From Eledone cirrhosa (lineage: Eukaryota): DNA of 64,000 nucleotides. A program made the position numbers and the translations under genes. The notes under the pieces were generated by a model. It was not told where the DNA came from. It made no database searches and saw nothing but the letters and a program-made list of their open reading frames with translations. The DNA lies in the NCBI GenBank assembly GCA_964016885.1, contig OZ024741.1, positions 11,284,001 through 11,348,000 of the forward strand, given 5' to 3'. This document shows, piece by piece, positions 10,619-23,040 of this stretch; the stretch's first letter is position 1, and the number at the start of each line of letters is the position of its first letter.

Positions 10619-11224
10619 AGGTCACCACTTGGTGCTACTGGTAACATGTATCCCAGTACAACCTGTCTCATGGTCGGGTCGTTGGCGACTAAACTGGCAA
10701 CCCCACCAAGGTTTCTTGGTGAGGAGGGTGACTTTGGACATCCTGCAGGACTAAAAACAAAACCTGTCAAAGGGCAAAGGAGCTCTTAAGAGTCAATGGC
10801 CATCCAAAATCACTGGGAGAGATGACCCCTTAGCCTTTGTCAAGGCAGAATTCTAGGAGAAGGAACACTCTGATATAACACCTGCAACCCTGATGGTATC
10901 CAATGATGTTGACTTGTTCTTCTTTTTGGTAAATATCATCTTGGTTAAGAGAGTGGGACTGGCTTTGTGCAGTGCCTCTGCTCACTATAAAAGCTTCACG
11001 GCACAGGCATTGCTTTATATCTGGAGATCTCTCTGCACTTGTCGTTACATAGTACCAAAGGCAAAGCACTATGTGTCAATAATTGTCACAAGTGTAGTGT
11101 TTGTACCAGAGTTTTCAAGTCGCAGGCTGGACTAAAAAGTCACACTCGTTCAGCGCATCGGTAGGGGTTCTCCTACATGGATATAAAGTAGTGGCCGTAC
11201 TCGAAAACGAGTTGGCAGCCACCA
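10617..11224 (+). mobile_element. Bipartite non-autonomous RTE-derived element, copy 2
   Basis: Colinear with 7208-7814; finger reads CSVCTRVFKSQAGLKSHTRSAHR*. Confidence 0.75.
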
Positions 11225-11232
11225 TATATATA

Positions 11233-11283
<51 letters not shown>

Positions 11284-11286
<3 letters not shown>

Positions 11287-14079
11287 TCATCATCATCATC
11301 ATCATCAACGTTTAACGTCCGTGTTCCACGCTTGCATGGGTTTGGACGGGGGTAGTCCCACTTGAGGCAAGAGTGATTGTCTTGCTCGCATAGGACTGTC
11401 TGGCAGGTTTTCTACAGTTGGATGCCCTTCCTAACACCAACCACATTTACAGTGTGGGTCTGGGAGGTTTTTACCGTGTTGCCTACACGGCCACATTACA
11501 GCGTGGACTGTGTGTTTTTTTGTCGTGACACCTACACGATCTCATTTGTTTCGGCCTCGATGGCGCGGCACCAACATAACTTTACATAGAACGGGGTGGT
11601 GTGGATCGGGTGGGGGTGGTGGGACGGGGTGTATTTGTTAGAGATGCCTACTGGCTGGAGTAGGTTTTACTATATATTTAGGTAAGGCAGGTCTTCTCTG
11701 TTACTGAGTACCGCCAAAGGTCTCGGTCCAGTGACATTGTCTTGGAGAGGTGTAAGTGTGTGATGTCGGAGTTTATCAGCTCGTCCCAGGTTTTTCTAGG
11801 TCTGCCTATTCCGTGACTACCGTCTATCTTTATTGCCCTGCACTTTGTTATACAGCTATCGACTTTCATGCGCATCACGTGTCCATACCAACGTAGCCTT
11901 CTCTCGAGTAAACAACATCTGATCCCTCTTATCTCTAATTTATTCCTTAGTTCGTTTATGCTTTGCCGTTCACGTATATTACTGTTACACATCCAGCGGA
12001 GCATGCAAGCTTCGTTCCTCTCTAGTCTGCGTATATCCTCTGCACACAATGCCCAGGTCTCACTGCCATGCAGCATTGCTGTTCGTATGCAGGCATCGTA
12101 CAACCTGCCTTTCATTTTTAGTGAGAACCCTTTAGCAGCTAATAGTGGTATAAGCTCTCTGAACTTTTTCCAACCAGTTCTGACTCTAGCTACAGTACTT
12201 TCAGAGCACCCTCCCCCACTGCTGATTTTATCGCCCAGGTAACGGAAGCTGTCCACTATTTCTATAGAACCCTCTGCGCAATTGAAAGAGCTAGTAGTTT
12301 GTGGGCACTTGCTGCTACTTATTGCACCAGAGCACCGGCCACATGTAAAATCTATGTTCTTAGTTAGCCTACCTGTGATCCCACTACATCTTTTATGCAC
12401 CCATACTTTGCATTTAGGACATAAAATGGAGTTTCTACCTACGCCTTTCCTACACACCGAGCACGACCATTTCCCAGAAGGGACCGCCGCCTTGTTTTCT
12501 TTCCTACAAACTAGTACTTTGGTCTTAGCCAGGTTAATTTTAAGTCCTTTTGACTCTAGGCCGTGCTTCCATGTTTGGAATTTCTTCTCTAGCTCGGCCA
12601 TTGATTCCGCTATGAGTGTCAGGTCGTCTGCGTATAGGAGTTCCCATGGGAAGCCTGTCTTGAACTCCTCTGTTATGGCCTGAAGGGCAATAATAAATAG
12701 TAGTGGACTGAGAACAGAGCCCTGATGGACGCCGACTTTTACGCTAAACTCTTCACTATATTCGTTGTTAATTCTAACCTTGCTGACTGTTTCTTTATAC
12801 ATGGCTTGTATAGCCCTCACAAGCCATTCGTCAACGCCTAGTTTTCTAAGAGCCCACCAGATAATGGAGCGGGGGACTCTGTCGAAGGCTTTCTCCAAGT
12901 CGACAAAAGCTAAGTAGAGGGGTTTACCTTTAGCTAGGTACTTCTCTTGTAGTTGTCGTACTATGAAAAGAGCGTCTGTGGTACTTTTGCCTGACACAAA
13001 CCCGAACTGCATTTCATCTAGGTCAATTCTCTCTCTGATTAGTTGCGCTATTACTCTTTCCGTGACCTTCATGACCTGGTCGATTAATTTAATGCCTCTA
13101 TAGTTACTCCTATCTAGGGCGTCTCCTTTACCCTTATAACAGTTAACGATGATGCTGCTATGCCAGTCCTTCGGAACAACCCCGTTTTGTACGACTTGGT
13201 TAACTATGCGGGTGACCATGGTGTGTCCCACCGTGCCAGATGCCTTCAGCATCTCAGCAACTATTTCCGAAGGCCCAGCCGCCTTACCAGTCTTCATATC
13301 CTTGATTGCCTTACTTATTATACTCCCCTCGACTAACACTGCTGGTCCCTCTATTGGGTCGATATGGGGGAGACTGCCTTTCTCCCAATTATTCTCCTCA
13401 TTTAGAAGCCTTTCATAGTGACACTTCCAAGCTACCTTCTTATCAGCGTCGGTGATGGCAAGTGTGCCATCGTCGTTTAGTACACACTTCTCCCCGACAA
13501 TATCACGGTTTTCCTTGACGCATTGCCTAGCAATCCTGAACACCTCACGTTTTTGGTCATCGCGTTGTAGAACATGCTTGAACTTTCTTTCCTCAGCTTC
13601 CCTTCTTGCTAAGTACACTTGTCTCCTAGCTTCCCTCCTGGCCACTTGATAGTCCTCTCTACTTCCCCCATCCCGCCATACTTTCCAAGCCTGCTTTTTG
13701 GCCTTAATTGACCCCTCCACCTTACTGTTCCACCACCATGTTACTCTCCTCCTGCCTACAGGCCTGCTCCAGCCACAGACCTCGTCTGTCGCCAACAGCA
13801 GGTTTGCTTTCAGAAATTCCCACTCTCCCTCTATATTGTCCGACTCTAAATGTTCTTCCTTACTGTCGAAAGCATCAAGTAATATGCTTTGAAATTTATT
13901 CCTGGCTGTGGGGTCCTTTAGCTTCCATATTTTCCTCCTGAGGATAGTCCTCTTCTGTTGTCGAGTACGTCTCGTCCTGACTATGAGGTCGCTAATTATC
14001 AGTCTATGTTGGGAGGTGCATTCTTCATGGGGGAGGGATTTAGTGTTAACAACAGACACTCTGTCACGTCTTCTGGTAA

Positions 14080-14081
<2 letters not shown>
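11284..14081 (-). mobile_element. RTE family B, 5'-truncated within the APE domain (open ORF 11678..14059)
   Basis: (TGA)n tail; 793-aa uninterrupted frame with all RT motifs. Confidence 0.95.
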
Positions 14082-14123
<42 letters not shown>

Positions 14124-14403
14124 TATATATATATATATATATACTATATATATATAGTATATATATATATATATATATAGTATATATATATATATATAGT
14201 ATATATATATATATATAGTATATATATATATATATAGTATATATATATATATATAGTATATATATATATATATAGTATATATATATATATATAGTATATA
14301 TATATATATAGTATATATATATATATATAGTATATATATATATATATAGTATATATATATATATATAGTATATATATATATATAGTATATATATATATAT
14401 ATC

Positions 14404-14457
<54 letters not shown>

Positions 14458-14507
14458 TATATATATATATATAGTATATATATATATATATATAGTATAT
14501 ATATATT
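14082..14507. repeat. (TA)nG tract with a short inverted (TAC) segment
   Basis: C interruptions at 14123 and 14144, G interruptions from 14157. Confidence 0.9.
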
Positions 14508-14805
14508 ATCATCATCATCATCATCAACGTTTAACGTCCGTGTTCTACGCTTGCATGGGTTTGGACAGGGGTTTTCCCACTTGAGGCAAGAGTGATTGTC
14601 TTGCTCGCATAGGACTGTCTGGCAGGTTTTCTACAGTTGGATGCCCTTCCTAACACCAACCACATTTACAGTGTGGGTCTGGGAGGTTTTTACCGTGTTG
14701 CCTACACGGCCACATTACAGCGTGGACTGTGTGTTTTTTTGTCGTGACACCTACACAATCTCATTTGTTTCGGCCTGGATGGTGTGGTACCAACATAACT
14801 TTACA
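14508..14805 (-). mobile_element. RTE family B, 3' UTR fragment
   Basis: (TCA)n plus match to 11284-11586. Confidence 0.9.
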
Positions 14806-14806
14806 A

Positions 14807-16320
14807 CTGCATCAGTTGTTAGCTGTGGAGACACTGCATCCTTTAAAACCTCCATGGAACAAACTCCCTGCATCAGTTGTTAGCTGTCGAGACACTGCAT
14901 CCTTTAAAACCTCCATGGAGCAAACTACCTGCATCAGTTGTTAGCTGTCGACACACTGCATCCTTTAAAACCTCCATGGAACAAACTCCCTGCATCAGTT
15001 GTTAGCTGTCGAGACACTGCATCCTTTAAAACCTCCATGGAACAAACTCCCTGCATCAGTTGTTAGCTGTGGAGACACTGCATCCTTTAAAACCTCCATG
15101 GAACAAACTCCCTGCATCAGTTGTTAGCTGTCGAGACACTGCATCCTTTAAAACCTCCATGGAACAAACTCCCTGCATCAGTTGTTAGCTGTCGAGACAC
15201 TGCATCCTTTAAAACCTCCATGGAACAAACTCCCTGCATCAGTTGTTAGCTGTCGAGACACTGCATCTTTTAAAACTTCCATGGAGCAAACTCCCTGCAT
15301 CAGTTGTTAGCTGTGGAGACACTGCATCCTTTAAAACCTCCATGGAACAAACTCCCTGCATCAGTTGTTAGCTGTCGAGACACTGCATCCTTTAAAACCT
15401 CCATGGAACAAACTCCCTGCATCAGTTGTTAGCTGTTGAGACACTGCATCCTTTAAAACCTCCATGGAACAAACTCCCTGCATCAGTTGTTAGCTGTCGA
15501 GACACTGCATACTTTAAAACCTCTATGGAACAAACTCCCTGTATCAGTTGTTAGCTGTCGAGACACTGCATCCTTTAAAACCTCCATGGAACAAACTCCC
15601 TTCATCAGTTGTTAGCTGTCGAGACACTGCATCCTTTAAAACCTCCATGGAGCAAACTACCTGCATCAGTTGTTAGCTGTCGAGACACTGCATCCTTTAA
15701 AACCTCCATGGAACAAACTCCCTGCATCAGTTGTTAGCTGTCGAGACACTGCATCCTTTAAAACCTCCATGGAACAAACTCCCTGCATCAGTTGTTAGCT
15801 GTCGGGACACTGCATCCTTTAAAACCTCCATGGAACAAACTCCCTGCATCAGTTGTTAGCTGTCGAGACACTGCATCCTTTAAAACCTCCATGGAACAAA
15901 CTCCCTGCATCAGTTGTTAGCTGTCGAGACACTGCATCCTTTAAAACCTCCATGGAACAAACTCCCTTCATCAGTTGTTAGCTGTCGAGACACTGCATCC
16001 TTTAAAACCTCCATGGAGCAAACTACCTGCATCAGTTGTTAGCTGTCGAGACACTGCATCCTTTAAAACCTCCATGGAACAAACTCCCTGCATCAGTTGT
16101 TAGCTGTCGAGACACTGCATCCTTTAAAACCTCCATGGAACAAACTCCCTGCATCAGTTGTTAGCTGTCGGGACACTGCATCCTTTAAAACCTCCATGGA
16201 ACAAACTCCCTGCATCAGTTGTTAGCTGTCGAGACACTGCATCCTTTAAAACCTCCATGGAACAAACTCCCTGCATCAGTTGTTAGCTGTCGAGACACTG
16301 CATCCTTTAAAACCTCCATG
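14807..16320 (+). repeat. 61-bp minisatellite, ~25 copies, derived from the CR1-group ORF2 C-terminus
   Basis: Unit GGAACAAACTCCCTGCATCAGTTGTTAGCTGTCGAGACACTGCATCCTTTAAAACCTCCAT matches the reverse complement of ~25565-25628. Confidence 0.95.
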
Positions 16321-16508
16321 ATTCCTGAGATTCGCCAACACTACACCTGATATTCCCCCTCCATACACATACACACATGTATATCATGACTCATACACTG
16401 CTCACTTTCCTGACATTTGTACATTATTCTATGTTCTATACATGCACCTTTGATGAGTTGTAGTGAACCTGAGCACTGTACACAATAATTTAATTATTAT
16501 TATTATTA
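16321..16508 (+). mobile_element. CR1-group LINE 3' end (ORF2 stop, 3' UTR, (ATT)n tail)
   Basis: Matches the reverse complement of 25366-25563. Confidence 0.9.
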
Positions 16509-16836
16509 TACTGTAAAGTGGTCGTTGTTATCAAGTAGTCAGCCGTAGAATCCATGCCAAAAATAGAATGTGTGAGCACCTGACTAGTCTACCCTTAAAA
16601 CATGACAACCTGTCTAATTCATATAAAAACAATAACTGGTATAAGGTGAGGGCCTCTCTCTGGTCACTCAACCTGTTAGTAATAGCAGCCAAATCTCCTT
16701 CAAATCACACATTACCATCTTTAAAAACAGCAAAGATACATTGGACAATATATTTCTAGACATAGAAAAAGATAGGACGATCATAGTTGGAATGACTTTC
16801 ACTGTAGGTCTGATTATTAAGGGCTGAGCTGACACT

Positions 16837-18830
16837 AAACAACAGCAACAACAGTAACGATAGTAACGACAGTAACAACACCACCAACAGCAGCAACAAC
16901 ACCAACAAGAGCAACAGTAACAACAACACCACCAACATCAACATCAGCAACACCACCACCAACAGCAACATCACCAACACCAACACCAACACCAACACCA
17001 ACACCAACAACACCACCACCAACACCACCACCAACAGCAACAAGAACAACACCAACAACAACAGTAACAACAACATCACCAACAGTAGTAACAGTAACAA
17101 CAACACCACCACCAACAGTAGTAACAGTAACAACAACACCACCACCAACAGTAGTAACAGTAACAACAACAACAGCACCAACAGTAGTAACAGTAACAAC
17201 AACAACACCACCAACAGTAGTAACAGTAACAACAACAACACCACCAACAGTAGTAACAGTAACAACAACAACACCACCAACAGTAGTAACAGTAACAACA
17301 ACACCACCACCAACAGTAGTAAGAGTAACAACAACACCACCACCAACAGTAGTAAGAGTAACAACAACACCACCACCAACAGTAGTAACAGTAACAACAA
17401 CACCACCACCAACAGTAGTAACAGTAACAACAACACCACCACCAACAGTAGTAACAGTAACAACAACACCACCACCAACAGTAGTAACAGTAACAACAAC
17501 AACACCACCAACAGTAGTAACAGTAACAACAACACCACCACCAACAGTAGTAAGAGTAACAACAACACCACCACCAACAGTAGTAACAGTAACAACAACA
17601 ACACCACCAACAGTAGTAACAGTAACAACAACACCACCACCAACAGTAGTAAGAGTAACAACAACACCACCACCAACAGTAGTAACAGTAACAACAACAC
17701 CACCACCAACAGTAGTAAGAGTAACAACAACACCACCACCAACAGTAGTAACAGTAACAACAACAACACCACCAACAGTAGTAACAGTAACAACAACACC
17801 ATCACCAACAGTAGTAAGAGTAACAACAACACCACCACCAACAGTAGTAACAGTAACAACAACACCATCACCAACAGTAGTAACAGTAACAACAACACCA
17901 CCACCAACAGTAGTAACAGTAACAACAACACCACCACCAACAGTAGTAAGAGTAACAACAACACCACCACCAACAGTAGTAACAGTAACAACAACAACAC
18001 CACCAACAGTAGTAACAGTAACAACAACACCATCACCAACAGTAGTAACAGTAACAACAACACCACCACCAACAGTAGTAACAGTAACAACAACACCACC
18101 ACCAACAGTAGTAAGAGTAACAACAACACCACCACCAACAGTAGTAACAGTAACAACAACAACACCACCAACAGTAGTAACAGTAACAACAACACCATCA
18201 CCAACAGTAGTAACAGTAACAACAACACCACCACCAACAGTAGTAACAGTAACAACAACACCATCACCAACAGTAGTAACAGTAACAACAACACCATCAC
18301 CAACAGTAGTAACAGTAACAACAACACCACCACCAACAGTAGTAACAGTAACAACAACACCACCACCAACAGTAGTAAGAGTAACAACAACACCATCACC
18401 AACAGTAGTAACAGTAACAACAACAACACCACCAACAGTAGTAACAGTAACAACAACAACACCACCAACAGTAGTAACAGTAACAACAACAACACCACCA
18501 ACAGTAGTAACAGTAACAACAACAACACCACCAACAGTAGTAAGAGTAACAACAACACCACCACCAACAGTAGTAACAGTAACAACAACACCATCACCAA
18601 CAGTAGTAACAGTAACAACAACAACACCACCAACAGTAGTAACAGTAACAACAACAACACCACCAACAGTAGTAACAGTAACAACAACAACACCACCAAC
18701 AGTAGTAAGAGTAACAACAACACCACCACCAACAGTAGTAACAGTAACAACAACACCACCACCAACAGTAGTAACAGTAACAACAACAACACCACCAACA
18801 GTAGTAACACCGCCACCAACAGCAACAAGA
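16837..18830. repeat. Triplet-built 30-bp minisatellite (ACAACACCACCACCAACAGTAGTAACAGTA)n with degenerate triplet flanks
   Basis: ~58 regular units from ~17070 to 18810. Confidence 0.9.
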
Positions 18831-19041
18831 ACTAGTATCAATTCCTACAAGATCGGATGCCAATGTGATAATTTGGTCAACTTACTTTTCCAGAATTGAC
18901 ATTATAATTGGAGGAATGATGAGAATTGGAGCTGGTAAGAACATTCTAGTCAGAGCAGTTTGAAACAATGCCTGCAAGAAAATATAAAGAAATATATATA
19001 AAGACTTCAACTGTAAATAAAATTGATGTGTAATATTTACA

Positions 19042-19628
19042 TGGTGGCTGCCAACTCGTTTTTATCCATGTAGGAGAACCCCTACCGATGCGCTGAACGA
19101 GTGTGACTTTTTAGTCCAGCCAGCGACTTGAAAACTCTGGTACAAACACTACACCTGTGACAATTATTGACACATAGTGCTGGGCCCATGGTACCATGTG
19201 ATGACAAGTGCAGAGAGATCTCCAGATATAAAGCAATGCCTGTGCCGTGAAGCTTTTATAGTGAGCAAAGGCACTGCACAAAGCCAGTTCCACTCTCTTA
19301 ACCAAGATGATATTTACCAAAAAGAAGAACAAGTCAACATCATTGGATACCATCAGGGTTGCAGGTGTTATATCAGAGTTTTCCTACTCCTAGAATACTG
19401 CCTTGACAAAGGCTAAGGGGTCATCTCTCCCGGTGATTTTGGATGGCCATTGACTCTTAAGAGCTCCTTTGCCCTTTGACAGGTTTTGTTTTTAGTCCTG
19501 CAGGATGTCCAAAGTCACCCTCCTCACCAAGAAACATTGGTGGGGTTGCCAGTTTAGTCGCCAACGACCCGACCATGAGACAGGTTGTACTGGGATACAT
19601 GTTATCAGTAGCACTAACTGGTGACCTG
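19042..19628 (-). mobile_element. Bipartite non-autonomous RTE-derived element, copy 3
   Basis: Reverse complement of 7208-7814 with a ~20-bp deletion near the 3' end; 5' end abuts a TA/CA tract. Confidence 0.75.
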
Positions 19629-19687
19629 ATATACATATATACATACATATATACATACTGACATATATATATATATATATATATATA

Positions 19688-20476
19688 TCATCATCATCAT
19701 CATCACCGTTTTACGTCCGTTCTTCCACGCTAGCATGGGTTAGACGGGTTGTCCTGTTGTGGGCAGTGTCTGGTCGGCTGACCATGCCTTGCTCATACAG
19801 GAACTGATTTGGCTTGATTTCTACAGCTGGATGCCCTTCCTAACACCAACCTCATTTACAGTGAGTGCTGGGTGCTTTTTCGTGGCGCCTACACGTCCAC
19901 TTTACAGTGTGGGCTTGGTGCTTTTTTGCGGTGGCACCTCCACGACCACCTTGCGGTGGGGGGTGTGGGGGCATATTGTCTATATGCTTCAGCTTGTACC
20001 CATGGGAGGCCGGGTACTCTGTATTATTGCGTGATGCCAGAAGTCACGGTCATGTGTCATTGTCTTTGAGAGGTGCAATTGGGTAAGGTCGGCTTTTATC
20101 CCCTCATCCCAGGTCATCTTGGGTCTCCCCACTCCACGGTTTCCATCAACTTCTAGTGCTCTGCACCTTTTTATGCAGCTGTCATCCTTCATCCGCATCA
20201 CATGTCCATACCAGCACAACCGCCTCTCCTACACACAGCATTTGATTCCTCTTATGCTCAGTCTCTCTCTCAATTCATTTATGCTTTGTTGTTCACATAT
20301 ATTACTGTTACACATCAATCGGAGCATACAGGCTTCGTTTCTCTCTAATGTACGTAAGTCTTCCACCTTCAGCGCCCAGATCTCACTACCATGCAACATT
20401 GCTGTTCGGATACACGCATCATACAGTCTGCCTTTCATTCTGAGGGAGAAGCCTTTTGCAGCTAGCAGTGGTAGTA

Positions 20477-20478
<2 letters not shown>
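19688..20478 (-). mobile_element. RTE family A, 5'-truncated and decayed
   Basis: (TCA)n tail; matches 541-1334; in-frame stop near 20229. Confidence 0.9.
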
Positions 20479-20510
<32 letters not shown>

Positions 20511-20523
20511 ACAGTGGTAGTAG

Positions 20524-20559
<36 letters not shown>

Positions 20560-21660
20560 CATCATCATCATCATCATCATCGTTTAACGTCTATCTTCTA
20601 CGCTAGCATGGGTTGGACCGGTTTGTCCCACTTGAGGCAAGTTTGGTCGGGTTACCATGTCTCGCTCATATAGGACCGTTTCTAGCTGGTTTTCTATCGC
20701 TGGATGTCCTTCCTAACACCAACCACACAGTGAGGATTGAGAGCCTTTTTACCGTGTCTCCTGCACGACCACTTTACAGTGTGGACTGGGTGCTTTTTGT
20801 CGTGACACCTACATGACCACTTTACAGTGTGGACTGGGTGCTTTTTGTCGTGACACCTACATGACCACTTTACAGTGTGGACTGGGTGCTTTTTGTCGTG
20901 ACACCTACATGACCACTTTACAGTGTGGACTGGGTGCTTTTTGTCGTGACACCTACATGACCACTTTACAGTGTGGACTGGGTGCTTTTTGTCGTGACAC
21001 CTACATGACCACTTTACAGTGTGGACTGGGTGCTTTTTGTCGTGACACCTACATGACCACTTTACAGTGTGGACTGGGTGCTTTTTGTTGTGACACCTAC
21101 ATGACCACTTTACAGTGTGGACTGGGTGCTTTTTGTCGTGACACCTACATGACCACTTTACAGTGTGGACTGAGTGCTTTTTGTCGTGACACCTACATGA
21201 CCACTTTACAGTGTGGACTGGGTGCTTTTTGTCGTGACACCTACATGACCACTTTACAGTGTGGACTGGGTGCTTTTTGTCGTGACACCTACATGACCAC
21301 TTTACAGTGTGGACTGGGTGCTTTTTGTTGTGACACCTACATGACCACTTTACAGTGTGGACTGGGTGCTTTTTGTCGTGACACCTACATGACCACTTTA
21401 CAGTGTGGACTGGGTGCTTTTTGTCGTGACACCTACACAGTCACTTTAGTGTGGGCTGGATGTTCTGTGGTACCAACATAACTTTACAGAGAAAGGGTGG
21501 AGTGGCCGGAAGTGGGAGGGTGGTGTAGAGGGGGGTGTATATTGGGTTAAGAGGTGCCAACTGACTGTAGGTTTATGTTTGTATGTAAGGGAAGGCAGGT
21601 CTTTGCATTACTGCATAGCGCCAAAGATCTCGATATTGTGACACTGTCTTAGAGAGGTGA
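20560..21660 (-). mobile_element. RTE related family (C), 3' fragment
   Basis: (TCA)n tail; 3' UTR similar to A and B; ORF end near 21590-21660. Confidence 0.8.
20767..21436. repeat. 48-bp minisatellite, ~14 copies, inside the RTE 3' UTR
   Basis: Unit GACCACTTTACAGTGTGGACTGGGTGCTTTTTGTCGTGACACCTACAT. Confidence 0.95.
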
Positions 21661-21854
21661 CAGCCAAAAGAGCTCATAATGGGAAACTAATGTGAAAGGA
21701 AGTTGACCCTGAAATGGGAATACAAATGGAATAAAACAAGTTTCACGTCAATCGAACCACAGATTCCCGAGATATGGGGTTTTTCTGGATACCTTCATAA
21801 ACAAAGAGAGTGAAAGATAGAGAAGAAGAGATAGTGGTTGTAACAGAGTAGATT

Positions 21855-22119
21855 GAAAGAGAGACATAGACAGAGAAGGAGAATGGAAGAGAGAGAGAGA
21901 GCTGGTGGTGGTGTTGTGTATGTATATATATATGTGTGTGTGTCTATGACCAGTGTATATAGATCACAGACACCCACATATATATATACACACCCACATA
22001 TATATATATATACACACACACATATATATATATATATACACACACACATATACATATATATATATATATATGTATACACACACATTTATATATACATACA
22101 CACACATATATATATATAT
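21855..22119. repeat. Compound GA/TA/CA microsatellite
   Basis: Direct reading. Confidence 0.8.
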
Positions 22120-22796
22120 GGGTCTTCCAGTTTCATTTCACATTATATACATGTCTGTGTATATTTTAATTATTTTCAAGTGAACATGATTTTTAAAAAC
22201 TATTTTGAAGTGAACGTGACCTAACAGATGACAGGTGGTCTAGTTTATATATCAACCACGATGACAAAAACACAAACCAACGAGAAGATTATTTGTCAAT
22301 TAATTTGCTAAAGATAGCCTCCAAATGTCCGTTAAATTATAAGTTAATGTCTGATATAAAGGTAACATAATGTAGTCTGAGATACATTTGTCTGAAAACG
22401 AGATTATCAAGGCTGGGACATCTTGTTGACATAGTTTAGTTGTATCAGAGCTGACCTGCAACTAAACAACAACCACCATAGGAGACTCAATATGGTCACT
22501 CAACCTAATAGAAATAGCAGTCAACTACCCATCAAAAGTCAGTCTAAAGCCTATATAAAGAACACATTAAGTGATGTAGTCCTAGATATATATATATTCA
22601 ATCTCAATAAAAGACTACGAAGTCATGGCCAGAACACTAATCAAACAATTTCGCTGATTAGTTGTTTCCCTTGTGTTGTATCGCAAGTTAACATGAGTTA
22701 CTTCCCTTGTTTAAAATAACACAATTATAAAAAAAATACTGTCTTAAAACTAAATCTGCAACAATTTGATCGTAACACCAACACCATGAGATATGG

Positions 22797-23040
22797 TGGA
22801 GGCATATAATCTAGTGGCAAGGGTTATGGGTTCGATTCCTGGACTGGGTTGTGTTCTTGAGCAAAACACTTCATTCCACATATATTCAGCCTAAAATAAG
22901 TACCAGCAGCAATAGCTGGGGTTTAACTCTGTGATGGACCAGGGTCTTATCTAGGGGAAGTCTTGTACTCTCAGTCACTTAACCCCACAAAACGGGCATA
23001 AGCACCAGACTGATGTGTTTCCAGACTCAAGACAAACTTT
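22797..23040 (+). mobile_element. Degenerate tRNA-derived SINE
   Basis: A-box-like TAATCTAGTGG, B-box GGTTCGATTCC, CORE-like GTGTTCTTGAGCAAAACACTTCA. Confidence 0.55.

Noticed and set aside
7208-14081. Recent tandem segmental duplication of the SINE-TA-RTE-B module
   Set aside because: The two RTE-B copies are different subvariants (3' UTR duplication, terminal motif) with different truncation points, which favours independent insertions
615-14944. Short ORFs antisense to RTEs and IYIY ORFs
   Set aside because: Shadow frames of retroelement sequence or TA microsatellite
14807-16320. CRISPR-like appearance of the regular arrays (also 20767-21436)
   Set aside because: Head-to-tail units with no unique spacers, no cas genes, eukaryotic context and clear LINE origin
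16756-18841. Poly-L/V and VTTVGGG ORFs on the minus strand
   Set aside because: Antisense readings of a triplet repeat with no domain content
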